Under the pieces are notes generated by a model. The model was not told the DNA's origin. It searched no databases and saw nothing but the letters and a program-made list of their open reading frames with translations. The position numbers and the translations under genes are program-made. From NCBI RefSeq assembly GCF_000143415.4, contig NW_003314479.1:1-41569 (forward strand): 41,569 bases of DNA, in the 5' to 3' direction. Source of the DNA: Selaginella moellendorffii (lineage: Eukaryota > Plantae > Lycopodiophyta). Below are positions 12,630 through 25,690 of this stretch, one piece after another; the stretch's first letter is position 1, and each line of letters starts with the position of its first letter.

Positions 12630-14407
12630 AATGCAGTCATCTGCGTCGATGCGCACAATGCATGGTTTCTTCGGACTCCTCTTTGCTCAGTTTGGCCTTT
12701 ACTACGGCCTTTTGGACGTCCTGTGGTTTCCTCCTGTGATGTTTTCCTTCCTGGCGTTAGAGAGTAACTGAGGATCAAACGAAACAAACCTCGCCATGTA
12801 AGATTGCACTGCCTGAGCAAAGCCAGGCTTGTACGAGAAGAGCAGCCCACGGAAGAGCGATGGAGGCTTCTAGTTGAATACGTCGCTTACTCTAGCCTCG
12901 AACATCTTCTCGCCTAGCGGCTGAACGTGAGCTTGAAACTCTGTAGCATGAGTTTGACAGGGAAAAATTGGAGAGGTCCAAGGTTTTCCGCAGGTACCTC
13001 GGTGAGATGAAACCAAGCTCTTGTCCACATCCCGTTGCTTGTCTAGCACGAATGGCGTGGCACGATATTCTTGCCGCCTTCTCTTACGTTCCTTACGCAT
13101 GGATAGCTTTGGTTCTGATGGATCTTTCTCCCTCAGCATCTCTTCACAGAAAAACGGCAACCATATTGTCAAGAATGGCAGCAATGTCAATAAAAGAAGA
13201 AGCCAACCTGTGTCGAGGAAATACATGTCATCCAGAGCTTCAAGCTCTTCGTTACATACCCCATAGAAGAATAATATGCCTTGCTCTGCGTTCACGGAAT
13301 CTCCTGCAAGGGAGAAACGTGGACCAGAGGGTTTCCAAGTCGCCCAAACACCAGTCGCTACAAAATACGTAAAAGCCCCATGCGAGACCAACAGGAAACA
13401 AATCTACCTACAAGCGCACGTACTTAAGTCGAGAGTATGGACGTCATTGAATAGCTTGTGATCATCGGAGAATCCTCCAAACACGACAAGATACTTTCCA
13501 TGGCTGATTGTTGTGTGCCCGGCTCTTGGCATCAGCTCGGCACCAGTCGTCTTTACCTCCCGCCATGCCATTGTTTCTGGAAACGCACAATGTATGTACC
13601 TGTGTCCAGAATATGAATGTCGTTTAGATAGGCATTACCACCATCCTCGCCACCCATGACAACGAAACAGTTCTTATAGGAAGAGCAGGTATGGCTATCC
13701 CGAGGAATAGGCGAGACTCCAGTGGTAGAAATCTTCTTCCAGACAAAAGTATCTACAGGGGAAAAAAAAATATTTAGAAGAAAACAAGGAAAGATAACAG
13801 GATATTACTCGTGTTCAAAACATGGAGGTCGTTGTAGTACTCCTCCTCTGAGGGATCGCTGGATTTCCCACATCCCCCAAACACGAACAGGTTGTCACCG
13901 ATGAGAGACGCGCTATGTCCTTCTCTCGGAGCAGGAACATCACCAAAGTGTTGGTAGCTGCATCGGATGATAAGAACAAGAAAAAAAAATCGATAGAACT
14001 CAGAGCTTACCAGTATCCAAAACAAAGAGATCGTCTAGCGGGCTGGTTCCATTGGTACCACCAAACACATAGAGCTTAGACCCGACGGCCGTGGAGCTGT
14101 GGCTGTCCCAAGGAGAAGGGTGCGTTCCTTTCATCACAGGCTTGCTCCAGGTGTACATCCCTGCGCAATCCCACCAAAAACATGATCAAAACCATATTTT
14201 CTGGAAAACCCAGAAGAGGAAACTTATACCAAAGTCGAAGACATGAACATCGTTGGTCTGGCACTCGTCCTGGCCGCAGCCACCGAAAATGTAGATGAGA
14301 TTCCTGACCGCATTGCAGGTGTGGCCCCATTTGCACCCCGGCGGCTGCTGCTGGAGCTGATCGCTGGATCGACGAGGCGCCCACTTCATCTTTATCCTAA
14401 AATGCAA
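12630..14407 (-). pseudogene. Near full-length plant kelch-repeat gene (Rab9-effector/Tea1-like), disrupted
   Basis: KWGHTCNAVRNLIYIFGG, PSPWDSHSSTAVGSKLYVFGG, PAPREGHSASLIGDNLFVFGG, PIPRDSHTCSSY..GGED, PRAGHTTISHGKYLVVFGG, and C-terminal EKMFEARVSDVFN..LFRGLLFSYKPGF. Short introns; small deletions cause a frameshift near 13945 and a stop at 12870. Confidence 0.88.
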
Positions 14408-14584
14408 GTGTAAAAGAGAGACTACGGGGTTTATAGCGCTGCAAAATAGGAATCGCTCTCAATGTGGTTCCAGCCTCGAGCACCTAGAACAAACCGGAAC
14501 TTTAAGCCTCGAAAGAGAATAGGGAAGAAGCAAGAGAGTGAAATAGTATATGAATTTACTATGAATGAATGAAGCCAGTGCCAC

Positions 14585-14586
<2 letters not shown>

Positions 14587-14666
<80 letters not shown>
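14587..14666. repeat. (GA)40 microsatellite
   Basis: Perfect dinucleotide run about 230 bp inside a Helitron 5' module. Confidence 0.98.
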
Positions 14667-14670
<4 letters not shown>

Positions 14671-14814
14671 AGCTTACAATCTGCCTGAACGTCCTAAAAA
14701 TTCACTTGATTTGGAGGGTCATTCAATCCAAAGTTGAAGCGTTGCCACCCCTTTGGCACTTGATCTATGCCATCTATTTGAAGTTTTTGAATTTGAACCA
14801 TTAGATTATAAGTA

Positions 14815-14978
14815 TATTCAGAAATAATATTCTAAAAATGGAATAAAAGACGCCGGATGCCATATGCCAATAGCACGTTTAAATAAGGGAGTAAGATATT
14901 CAGAAATAATATTCTAAAAATGGAATAAAAGACGCCGGATGCCATATGCCAATAGCACGTTTAAATAAGGGAGTAAGA
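14815..14978 (-). repeat. Tandem duplication 2 x 82 bp of a Helitron 5' terminus
   Basis: 14815-14896 matches 14897-14978; each starts on the minus strand with TCTTACTCCCTTATTTAAACG. Confidence 0.95.
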
Positions 14979-16269
14979 TACCAGCTCTTTCGTTTAAATA
15001 TACTAGCAAGGAATCCAGCTCCGCTAGCTTGGACCAAAATAAGTCTTTGAAAACACTTTACTGGGATAGAAAAGTTATAGCTAATAGTGCAACATAGAAT
15101 AAATTAGTGTATATTGTATGCTTCTAAGATTTATCATGAGCATCTATAAAATCTATAAGAGTAATAATAATCACAAAGCCTTTTATAAGAGAAATCAAGT
15201 TTATAGATAATTAATTTGCTTTTAATTTGTAATTATTTAAAAATAAATGGAAAAAATATTAGCAGGGATTCCAGCAGAAAATAAAATCAAGGATCCTAGC
15301 TCTAATGGGAAGTAGATATAAAATTCTGTAAATGTAAATTAGTTTTCTGATATAAAAATATACTTTAATGATTCTGTAAATTAATATTTGTTCATTTTTG
15401 AGGTTCTAATCATATTTCCTGAACTTGTGTTACTTAGGTGGTTAATAGATTTGACGTTTTTAGATTATCATAGCTTACCCAGACAAGTTTTGATTGAAAC
15501 CAATCAGGCATTGCATGAAGCCTTGGAGGACTTGTACTTTCTATGGAGCAGAATCGGTCTGTGCCATACCACCAAAAGTATCAGAAAGGCTTCTTAGTGT
15601 AGAAAATATTTTTAACAGCTAGAGAAAAGCATGAATGACAACAGCTTAGCCATGTCCTGCCCACATGGCCACATGGCAAGTGCTAAACCTCAAGCACGAA
15701 TCTTGACATATCCATTCATGCTCTTGCCATTTGAAACAGGTCATTTAGCCCAACATTCATGCTCCTAGTAGCTTTCTTACTGCTTAGGTTCATGGTATCT
15801 AATGATACCATGCAGAGGTAGCCATGAGGTGCTGGGTTTTATCATCTCAATGCTTCCAGAGTAGAGTTCCCTTGCAAAGCCCTACTTTCACAACATTGTT
15901 TTCTTTGGGGAAGAAGTATGTGGTCATGGCAGCTCCCAGGATCAAAGAGTATCTCAGGGTTGAGTAATGGTAGGAAGTTCTAAGCAAGTTTTACTGCTCA
16001 TTCAATCTGGAAGCCTGCTACTCATCGGGAGAAGGATTGGAAATCTAGGAGACACTATCTACTCCTAGAGAGGTCTCTGCTGGAACCAGCAATGCTATGG
16101 GTCCAGAAAAATGCTGTTATGTCATCCCTTGAGAGGAGCAGTGAGGACATATCCAAGTTATAGCCACCAAAAACAAGGTGACAAAAGATGAGGCTTTGGA
16201 GATGATGTGGCCAGGCAATGAACAATGAGTCAGCAAGGGCTGCTGTGTGATGAGTCACACCTCTGGAGT

Positions 16270-16655
16270 TACTCCAGTCCAAAGTGGATCTTTGCGCCAT
16301 ATGATAGGCTTTTCTCTTGAATGAATCATCTAGAGAAAGTATTGGTCCTGCTATGTTATCAGTCTGGCCCTCAAAAAAAGGCCTCCAAGACTACCGAGCA
16401 GTTTCTCGCCATGGAATCCAATGAAACTTTCAAAAGTGATGGCTAAGAGAAATCAAGATAGAAAGTGTCATTGACTCAGCTAAGTTCGTGATCAATGTCT
16501 ACAACAGTAACCCTGCTCATGAAGCATGACGGAAGTGATCTCTTCAGCAAGATTGAGAGCTTTGTAAGTGGCAGCCGTGGTCTCCTCGGCCTTTTGAACA
16601 GCGTAGTCTTCCAGCTCCTGCATGCTCTCATCCTCCAAAAAATCAAAATGGACAA
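16270..16655 (-). pseudogene. SNAP33: SNAP25-family SNARE (SNAP33-like) fragment
   Basis: SMQELEDYAVQKAEETT..LNLAEEI..VMLHEQG, VDIDHELS, GEKLLGSLGGLF, GPILSLDDS; internal deletions. Confidence 0.8.
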
Positions 16656-17459
16656 GTGGGACAAGGGGTAGATTTCTAGACCATAAACATGCAAGGATCA
16701 TATAATCAGTTTTAAAACACTGCTTCCACATGTGATTGCTTCTGAGTGTTCACTTTTGCAAGCCTCAAAGTTTTTCACAAGGATCATTCCAAAAAACCAA
16801 AGTGAAGTAGTGGTCTCCTAAAATTTTGTATATTTAATTCGTTATCATACATTTAAAGAGCTTGCTAATCACTCACAATTCAATAAGTGGGACACAATAA
16901 GATGAGGAAGTAGAGAAACTTGATCCATTTCCACAGTTCCACTGGAAGCTGGACAGTGCCAGAAAGTGTTTTCTTTTTCATCTTGAGCAAAGCTTCCAAT
17001 CAGGCTTACAAGGCATACTTGACAAAATGTTTTACTTAATCTTCTAGAAAACAGTACAAACAAGAAGAAACAGGGCGAGAATGGAAAATCAGCTACTTGC
17101 TCCTACTTTGAGTCTGAAATTGTAGGCACTGCTGCTCCCATGACCTCAGCAGTAACTTTAAAACACAAGAGAAAATAATATTTTTGTTCTTACAGTAGCA
17201 ATGCTTCTATTGCAGTTTGGGATCTGCTAAAGGAAATACTGAAATGGTCTGTCAGTCAGTGTCATTGAACGCACAAACCAACCAAGATATGTGATGAACA
17301 TTAGATCTGTTGCTGTGACCAGAAAATCCTTAAAAGCGCCGCACCAGTGCCAGAATTGTGAATATGAAAGCAATGAGTGCTCCAATTCGAGTGTCCTCCT
17401 GCACTCACAGAGAATAAATCAAAAGCTGTAACTCAAGCTGGAATAGGACATCAGATTCA

Positions 17460-17850
17460 AAGATATACAATTTCAGACAAGTTTAGCTTTGGAGATATAG
17501 AATTGGCAATTGGATTTACTGGATCATGATCCATTGAAGTTTTTGAACTTATCTTCCGAAACAATTTAGATAGTCACTTACATAGCTTGTCTTTCAATGT
17601 GACAATTGACATGCTTGCCAAGATCCGGGGAGCTTATTTCATGGAAGGGACTCAAAGGTGCCATACTCCTGCGGTAAAATATGCGTGATGAAATTATGAA
17701 CAGAAACCATAGAGACACATACCTCGCACATAAAGAAGCACTGAGTGTATGCGTGAGGTCATCAAAGCTGATCAAAGCTGCTTGGGATAAGAAAGCGGAT
17801 CAATAGCCCACCTTTGCACAGATTGTCTGGAGACTATGAAAGTCTGTTGA
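17460..17850 (+). pseudogene. Possible kinase C-lobe remnant
   Basis: SDKFSFG near 17475 and KLIKAAWDKKADQ*PTFAQIVWRL near 17765-17840, resembling subdomains IX and XI. Confidence 0.35.
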
Positions 17851-18022
17851 TTGGCTGTTGCCCAGGTACTTTGTCTTTAAAATAAGAAGTAGAAAGTCAA
17901 GACATGGAACCATCTTGAAGCATATCTTAAATCATCACTATCATTTTCTCTAGAGTTCCAAATTTCCTGGGATGCAAAGAAAAGGTTAAGGAGCAGCTAT
18001 GAAAATTGCAGGAATAGAAGGA

Positions 18023-18610
18023 ATGGAAGTGGTTTACACAAAACGGGTGTTGCATTGGTCCCTGATGCTCGTTTTGGGGTAGTGCTCAAGAGGACGCTAG
18101 AAAATGCAGTAGAGAGGAACAGGGATCTTCTACTGTTCCATGTCTGATCTGTTGTCCGAACAATTGCAAAATTCTGGTAAGTCACTCTTTAGAAACATCA
18201 CTTGCATCTCACAAATTGCATAAGTTGGGAGAGTACCTGTCTCGCAAGTTTTGAAGGAAACACTTGCATGGCAACCAAGGAGGCCAGACAGCGAACTTCT
18301 CTCAGGAGCTGCAAATGTCTACAGACGTTACAAAGTCCAATTGGCTTGCTGAAAACTCAGAGGAAACACTTGACTTAGAGGTGAAAGCAGAATTTGTTCT
18401 TGTAGAGAGCGATGATGTTGATAAGTCTCTGGTGGAGCAAATTGAGAAGTACCAAGAGACAACGTTCATTCTTGGAGAGTCCTGAACAAACCTTCTGAAA
18501 GTACGCAAGCTTGTTTCCTGCAATGTGACAGACAGTTTTAGTACCTTTCATAAGAAGATTGAGGTTGAGAGTTTCAGACTACGTTCAGAAATATGCTCCA
18601 TGCTCCATAT
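18023..18610 (+). pseudogene. USP-like (STK_N) domain remnant of the U-box/kinase type
   Basis: TGVALV..LKRTLENAV..LLLFHV*, VKAEFVLVESDDVDKSLVEQIEKY..FILGES*, DYVQKYAPCSI. Confidence 0.55.
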
Positions 18611-20342
18611 TACTGTACTGTGCAGTGCATATTGAAATTCTCGAAATTGATGTTCAGGAATTCTTCACCACCACACTACTGCAGAAATTTGATCACTCGT
18701 CCAAAATTCATCTCCTGCTCACACTTGGATTTCTAAAAATCAAGATAGATCTGAAAAACTCATCTCATACCTGGTTGATGAGAGCAGCGAACCTCATGGC
18801 GTGCAACCGTGGTGAAATGCTGAATTACATAAGCACTCCTGGAAGAATGCTTCGAAAAAACAGGTTTACCATCGAAAAAACTGGTTTACCCTAAAAAAAT
18901 AAAAATGTTCCACTCTCAACTGTTTTTCCCATGTGTTTTCATCTCCACCATTAAGAATCTTGATTGAATATGTCGCCCTTGCTCTTTTAAATATAGAAGA
19001 ACTAGCAAAAGTCCCAGCTACGCTGGGAGCATCGTGTTTATTCTTGATATTTTAGTATTTCAAAAAGTTGAAATCATAATTATAATTTTAATATAATCAT
19101 AATTATAACATACATAGTTAACATAACATAATATAATATTTATATTCAAAATCCCTTCTACAAATATAACATAATAAATAATATAATAAATTTAACTTAT
19201 AACATAATATAACATTTAAAACTCTGAGTGCTGCATGATCTTCTATAAATGGAATTTTTCACTGTGGGATTCCATGGCCAGATAAGTCAATTAAATATTG
19301 AGGCTTGGTAACTATTTTTTTATTTGAAATCTCCATATAATTGATCTACAATATTTCCTCTTAATAAAAAATGTGTTTCTTAAGTAAACTAAACTATAAT
19401 GATTTCAAAAATAAATATTTAAAACTCACTTAAACTATATATATCTTATAAAATTAAAAAAATATAACAATTTTTATGGAATTTTATTTTTCATCTCTTT
19501 AGACTGAAATTTTTGGAATTTCATGATACTAAGTGATAAAAATTACTTTTATGTGTTATATTTTTTAGAAGAATTTCAAAATTTTACATATTTATCTTTG
19601 ATATTCCCTTATTCCTAATACTTATATTCTTACATTTTGAGAGTAATATTTAATATTAGAAGTATTCTACTTTATATCATTAGCATTATTTCTGTATGTG
19701 TTTTTTAATAGAGAGAATGCTTATGTAAAATAAGTTATTATCTCTCTATTTCATGGATTTATATTTAAAATTAAGGCTTTATTACAATATTTTAAAGGCT
19801 GATATTTTATAATGATAAATGAATGGCAAGGTTTTACTCTATATTGAGGTAATAATGATATATAAACTTTTTCTTTATTCTAAAAATATAAAATACCAGA
19901 AAATTCATAAATGGTATATAGATAGATTTAATATAATTAAAGTTCAATTGATGGTGAATCACATTTCTTTAGATGGTTCTTGTACTAATGTTGTCTCAAT
20001 GATATTTATACCTTATTATTTTTGTCATGTATAATTACAATGTAAGAAAAAATGTTAGAAAATTTATGATATTACATAAATCTTAGACTACATTTGAGCC
20101 AATTGAAGTCTCAATATGTTTAATCATTGATGATTGTATTAATAGTCATATAAATTTGTATATACTTTTGTTGATAATATGAAAAAAGAGAAATCTCAGT
20201 CTAAGAAGTGAAGCTGGGAGTGTCATATACATTTCAGTTGTTTAGTAATTTGGAAAAGTTCCTTATTCCGCTTTTCATTTCTATTGTTTCTTTATATTTG
20301 AAAAGTTAAGAAACATATATATAAGATATTCAAGCATGAGAC

Positions 20343-21133
20343 TTAATAGGTTGTATGTTGAAAGTTTTGAAAGTGAAGGTATGGCAAAGCACACCTGATT
20401 GTAAGAAGAACTTGAGCCTTTTCTGTACCATGATATTTTAATACATATTCTATAATTATATTAACCTTGAAGGACATTTCATTGGTATTTACCAATGGCA
20501 TATCAAGATTGTAAACATCTATCACTTTGGTTCAGTGCTATTATCTTGAATCACTGACACAACTTTGCAATTTCTTGAGATTGCCCAGATGTTCTTCTAG
20601 CAGCTTGTTGAGTAGAGCATTAGCTTGTAGTTATCTGCTTGAGAAGTGTTCACCACATTGAGCCAATGTTCACATGTTATTGCCTCAACAATCCATACAT
20701 GTTGGGCTTGTAGAATTGTTTGAAGTGTACAAAGCAGTGTCGCCCATGCAATGCAATTATATTCATCTCTTTCCAAGACAAATCTTGTGCTAATAAACCA
20801 AATGTTGATCTGAAGAAGCAACCACTATCTTTCATAATTATTTTATTGTCATTGATGACAAGGGTAGGATAAAATCAGCAATGGTAGAGGATTCTATTGA
20901 TCATCCACTGGATTGCATATCTTGGCTATTGGATGCATCCCCATATAAGCACCACCCACTACATAGAGTTGGCCATCCATAACCATATATGCACACAACT
21001 TTCAAGGACACAACATTGATGCCAAAGAACTCCATCGATTCATGTGTAGATCAATATAGAACTTTCTGTCAAGAGCTTGACACACAAATTCTCCTATGTA
21101 CTATAATCATCCACACTTTCTTGGCACTTCTAG
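20343..21133 (-). pseudogene. F-box/kelch-type repeat protein remnant
   Basis: DLHMNRWSSLASM..*KLCAYMVMDGQLYVVGG..AKICNPVDDQ*NPLP. Its tail recurs at about 2805-3100, 10595-10740 and 11045-11190. Confidence 0.55.
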
Positions 21134-24100
21134 NNNNNNNNNNNNNNNNNNNNNNNNNNNNNNNNNNNNNNNNNNNNNNNNNNNNNNNNNNNNNNNNNNN
21201 NNNNNNNNNNNNNNNNNNNNNNNNNNNNNNNNNNNNNNNNNNNNNNNNNNNNNNNNNNNNNNNNNNNNNNNNNNNNNNNNNNNNNNNNNNNNNNNNNNNN
21301 NNNNNNNNNNNNNNNNNNNNNNNNNNNNNNNNNNNNNNNNNNNNNNNNNNNNNNNNNNNNNNNNNNNNNNNNNNNNNNNNNNNNNNNNNNNNNNNNNNNN
21401 NNNNNNNNNNNNNNNNNNNNNNNNNNNNNNNNNNNNNNNNNNNNNNNNNNNNNNNNNNNNNNNNNNNNNNNNNNNNNNNNNNNNNNNNNNNNNNNNNNNN
21501 NNNNNNNNNNNNNNNNNNNNNNNNNNNNNNNNNNNNNNNNNNNNNNNNNNNNNNNNNNNNNNNNNNNNNNNNNNNNNNNNNNNNNNNNNNNNNNNNNNNN
21601 NNNNNNNNNNNNNNNNNNNNNNNNNNNNNNNNNNNNNNNNNNNNNNNNNNNNNNNNNNNNNNNNNNNNNNNNNNTGAATAAAAAAGGGCCATAACATGTA
21701 TAAAGTTCTTTTTTTATTTGCTACAACATTCACAGATCCAATGTTTTTATATTGGACATTTAATTCTTATACAAGGAAAATATGTAGTTGAGGGAGATTA
21801 AATTTGATATTAGTTTTTTATTTTATTTTATTTTATTAGTGAGCTGTATTGGATTGAGTCTTTATAAAGTTTACAACATGTTTGAGATAACTATTTATCA
21901 TGACACTTATATGAGCTTGGTTTACAAAGGTTATAGCCAATGAAATATAGAGGATTATAATTAAAGTTTGAACCTGTATAAAATTAACCATACCATTTGT
22001 TAACCATTTGTTAACTTGTATGGTTATGCTAATGTTATGTTAAATATTCTTGAGCAAGCCTGCCTTAGAGGATACTCATTTTCCACAAGAATTGTATTAT
22101 ATGCTAGATTATGCTATTTCCAGAAATCCTGCCAAGAGAGAAAAAGAAAAATTATCAAAGAATCTGATAATTGACTAACAAGAGAAGGTACTGACTACTT
22201 GTAGTGAGTTGTCACAGAAACTTGTGATCTAGCACCCTAGATGCATGGTCAATAGAGATATCTGAACAACCCTACATGCTAAAATTACTGCTATTGCATA
22301 TATTCAATCACACTCATCCAGGCACAATCCCAGCTTTGCTGGGAGTGTCATGTACATTTTTGTTATTTAGTAATTCTGAAAAGTTCATATTCATCTTTAT
22401 ATTTGAAAAGTTCATACTAATCATAACATACATACCAATTCTAATATAAAAACACACATCAGCTATATTTAGCACCTTTATTGGTTTGGACAAAATTGCC
22501 AATTTGGGATATATCATCATTCATCATACAAGTGTAATTAACTTTTATAATGTAGTATCAGAAATTAGATGGAGATATAGAAATATAAGTAGCTTTACAT
22601 ATGACAATTCATTTTCTTGACATGACAAGCCAGTTCCCATGTGTTCTTAACCAAACTCTAGTTAAACAATCAAATGAGAATATCTATTAGATATCAACTG
22701 CTATTGTACAAATTATGTGTAGTACTAAACATCCAAGAGCAGCATTAACAACACTGATGCTAAGTGGTGGCAGAATTAGGAATGTCATATAACTTTGGTA
22801 AATCACCATAAATCATCATGGTAAATCACCATAGGATAAAGGGTGAAAACCACATATGCTACAATAATTTCTCATACACAGGATAAATGCTAAATTGGTC
22901 AACTCATTATATTGAGAACTAACTTTTTATGTGTCATGAATCTATTATAGAGAATTAATTATCATTATATAAGATCACAGTTACCATTAATAATAATTTT
23001 TGTGATTGAGTTACTCTAGAGTAAATATATATTTACAAACACTTCTTGATGCATCATAGTTATTTATAGTTAGATACAGAACTTTTAGCTATAAAAATTT
23101 CCAAATATATATTTTCTGGGAGTGTCATGTACATTTCTGTTATTTAGTAATTTCTAAAATTTTATATTCATCTTTCTATATAAAATGTTCATATTAATCT
23201 TAACATGCATAACAAACTTTTCTGAAACCTTTATTGAAAGGCTAACACTATTAGTCATAGTTTTTTAACAAATAGTCTACTTTTGTAATAATATGCAAAA
23301 AGGAGAAAATTAATGGATGAATCTGAGCTAAAAACCCTACTTTTATTAAAGAATTAAAATAATACTTAATTAATCATAAATTATAAAGTATTTATTAATA
23401 TATTATCATTCTTGTCTGAAACTATATAATAGTGCAATAATGATTTGGAAATATTTAATAATTTTAAATGAAAATAACAAATAATATATCATTATATTCT
23501 TTTTTAATAATATTCTACTTAAATATTTTATTTTAATATTATAAATATTCTTTTATGAATAAATATATTTTAAATGATTTTATAATTCTTCACTTTACTT
23601 TCTTATTAAATTTTCAAGTTTTAATAGAATTGGGCTTTCAAAGAATTCTTTCTTTATATTTAATAAATTTTAGTCAAGCTGATATAGAAATATTATATTA
23701 TCATTTATATTTTGTTACTTTAGTGGTGTTAGTAGTGTTTCAAATAAAATTTTTGGAATTATTTTAAAAAAGCCCAACCGTTTAGAGTCAGAGACAATTA
23801 TACAATTACATGGTTATTTGATCAAAGAAAAGCTAGAATGTTTTATATGGAGTTTCTTATATTCCTGTTTGGTATATAAATATAAATACTATAATTATAA
23901 AAGTTTTTGGTTTTCTTATGTAAACAAAAAGGGTAGTTGATGTACCTAGATTATACTTAGATATTTGGGATATTCTACTATCTAATAGTTGTTATTCATT
24001 AAGATTAGTCTTTTATTTATAATTTTGAAATGTGTTTAGAATTTATAGACTTTCCCAAATACATATTGTATACTCTAGTTTATTCTAACATCTAATAATT

Positions 24101-25357
24101 GATATACAATAATATTAATCTTGCAAACTAAGTGTTTCTCTATGTAACACACTGTTATTTCATGTTATATATCTGTGTTTGCCATAACAGTTTTTTAGTA
24201 ACACAATTATCACAATGAAGGTTGACACTCATATTCTTTACTGTTCATATATACTTTTTTGATATTTCATAGGGCTTGATCTTCAGAGATGCCAAGTAGC
24301 ATTGGATACCATTCCATTGCATGTCCCACAACCAGAGCAAAATCACCATAAGACAATAACAAGCCTGAGCCTACTTTGGTCATATTATAGCAATAGATCA
24401 TGGTGGTTCGATAATAGATCATTGTTCCCAGCAATCTCTTAATGTTTTGCATTACTATAACGTTTATCAGTGGGTTCTGTTAAAGCTAGAAAACAGAGCA
24501 AGGACTTAAATCCATTAGCTGTAAATGAATTGTTACCTTCTTTTATAATATTGCAGCTCTAGGCAATGTGATATCTTAAGAATTGGGAAAAATAAAAAAG
24601 AACTACATCAAGGGCCTAAAGCTTCCATCTACTGCTCTATACTTCCTTGGAGATTCCCTTCCTTGTATAATTTCAAGGTTTTCAAGGCTGCAGAACTTAA
24701 GCCTCTAGTTGGAGACGTGACTCTGACTTGTGAACTCTCTTGGGTAGGTCAGCTTTATAAACCTGTGAAACAAAGAGCTAAACTTCCACTTTGGATTAAC
24801 AATAAAACTGGAAAAACAGGAACTTTAATGAACAGGAAAGCATGAGAGTGAGGCACTCACTACTTAGCACGTCGCTTGGATTAGCTCGTTGAGCTGGGTG
24901 TGAAGATATTTGGAATTCACCAGTGGACATCTTGAGCAGAGGCTGCCAGAGCAATTGTAGTCGGGTCTTTGGCAACTGGAGAGCTCAATCAATCTCTTTG
25001 GCTGAAGTTACTCTAGATTATTTTTCAGTGGCTCCTCGATATTGATATCGATAAGATCGTTTGCTGGAAGGATCTCCTCAAGATCTTTGCGGACCAGTGA
25101 TCGAACAGAGAGGGGTGCTCGGCTGTGATGTGTTACCACCACCACATTCTGCATAAACCCTAGCCTTAACCATTCCATCTCGTGGCTACTCTAGTCTCTG
25201 GGACAAAGGATCTAGCTCGCGGCCACTCTGGTCTCCAGGACAAAGGATCCAGCTCCCAATCCGCGGTGGAGTCCATTCCATCCTCTTCTGTGACAACTGC
25301 CTAGAGTTAACAACTATTGTATTAAAACCATGCACAACGTGTCTAACAGCCTCACTC

Positions 25358-25690
25358 TTGTCGAGACCCATTCTGATGAGTGCATCCAACAGCTAATCTG
25401 ATCCATTGTGGAGGCAACAGCACAAGGAACTCCCGCTGAATAAAGAGCTGCCAGCCATTCTCGTGGGCCAGCACTTGCAAAACAAGTTTCATGACAAACT
25501 GTAAACCTTGGATAGCTCTGTATATTTCTGATAGCCAATTCATCAATCCATACTCCGCCCAAGCTAGCTGGGAAAACAAAGTTACATTTCACTCTAACCT
25601 CTTCAGACTAACCACCCTTTTCAGGTCATGCTTGGAGGTACTACAAACGATCAATTGCCACTTCTCCTTATCCAGATCATCTCCAATAAT
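25358..25690 (-). pseudogene. HAD-superfamily (CbbY-like, At3g10970-like) phosphatase fragment
   Basis: LAWAE..LMNWLSEIY, GPREWLAALYSAGVPCAVASTMDQIS, LDALIRMGLDK; frameshifted. Confidence 0.7.

Larger units (their letters stand above)
6778..14978 (-). mobile_element. Composite Helitron H2
   Basis: 3' end: hairpin TCCCAGC-GGA-GCTGGGA (6788-6804) then CTAG (6781-6778) followed by T. Outer 5' end A|TCTTACTCCCTTATTTAAACG at 14978; further internal 5' ends at 14896, 11299 and 10849, so the pairing of ends is ambiguous. Confidence 0.65.
15003..19001 (-). mobile_element. Helitron H3 (damaged 3' hairpin; first 4 nt of 5' end missing)
   Basis: a|ctagcaaggaatccagctccgct at 15002-15025. 18910-19001 is homologous to the 5' module ending at 11299 but lacks TCTA. 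Confidence 0.7.

Noticed and set aside
14565-14804. ER-repeat and LS-repeat ORFs here and at 33253-33465
   Set aside because: Translations of (GA)n microsatellites.
20470-20720. Ulp1-like protease (HWLNVV..IDVYN)
   Set aside because: Spacing is wrong, no catalytic Cys motif, and the upstream sequence is kelch-like.
20989-21733. Long ORFs of about 200 aa (also those over gaps 1567-1727, 8724-8823, 26048-26177, 30031-30130)
   Set aside because: Artefacts of translating N runs.
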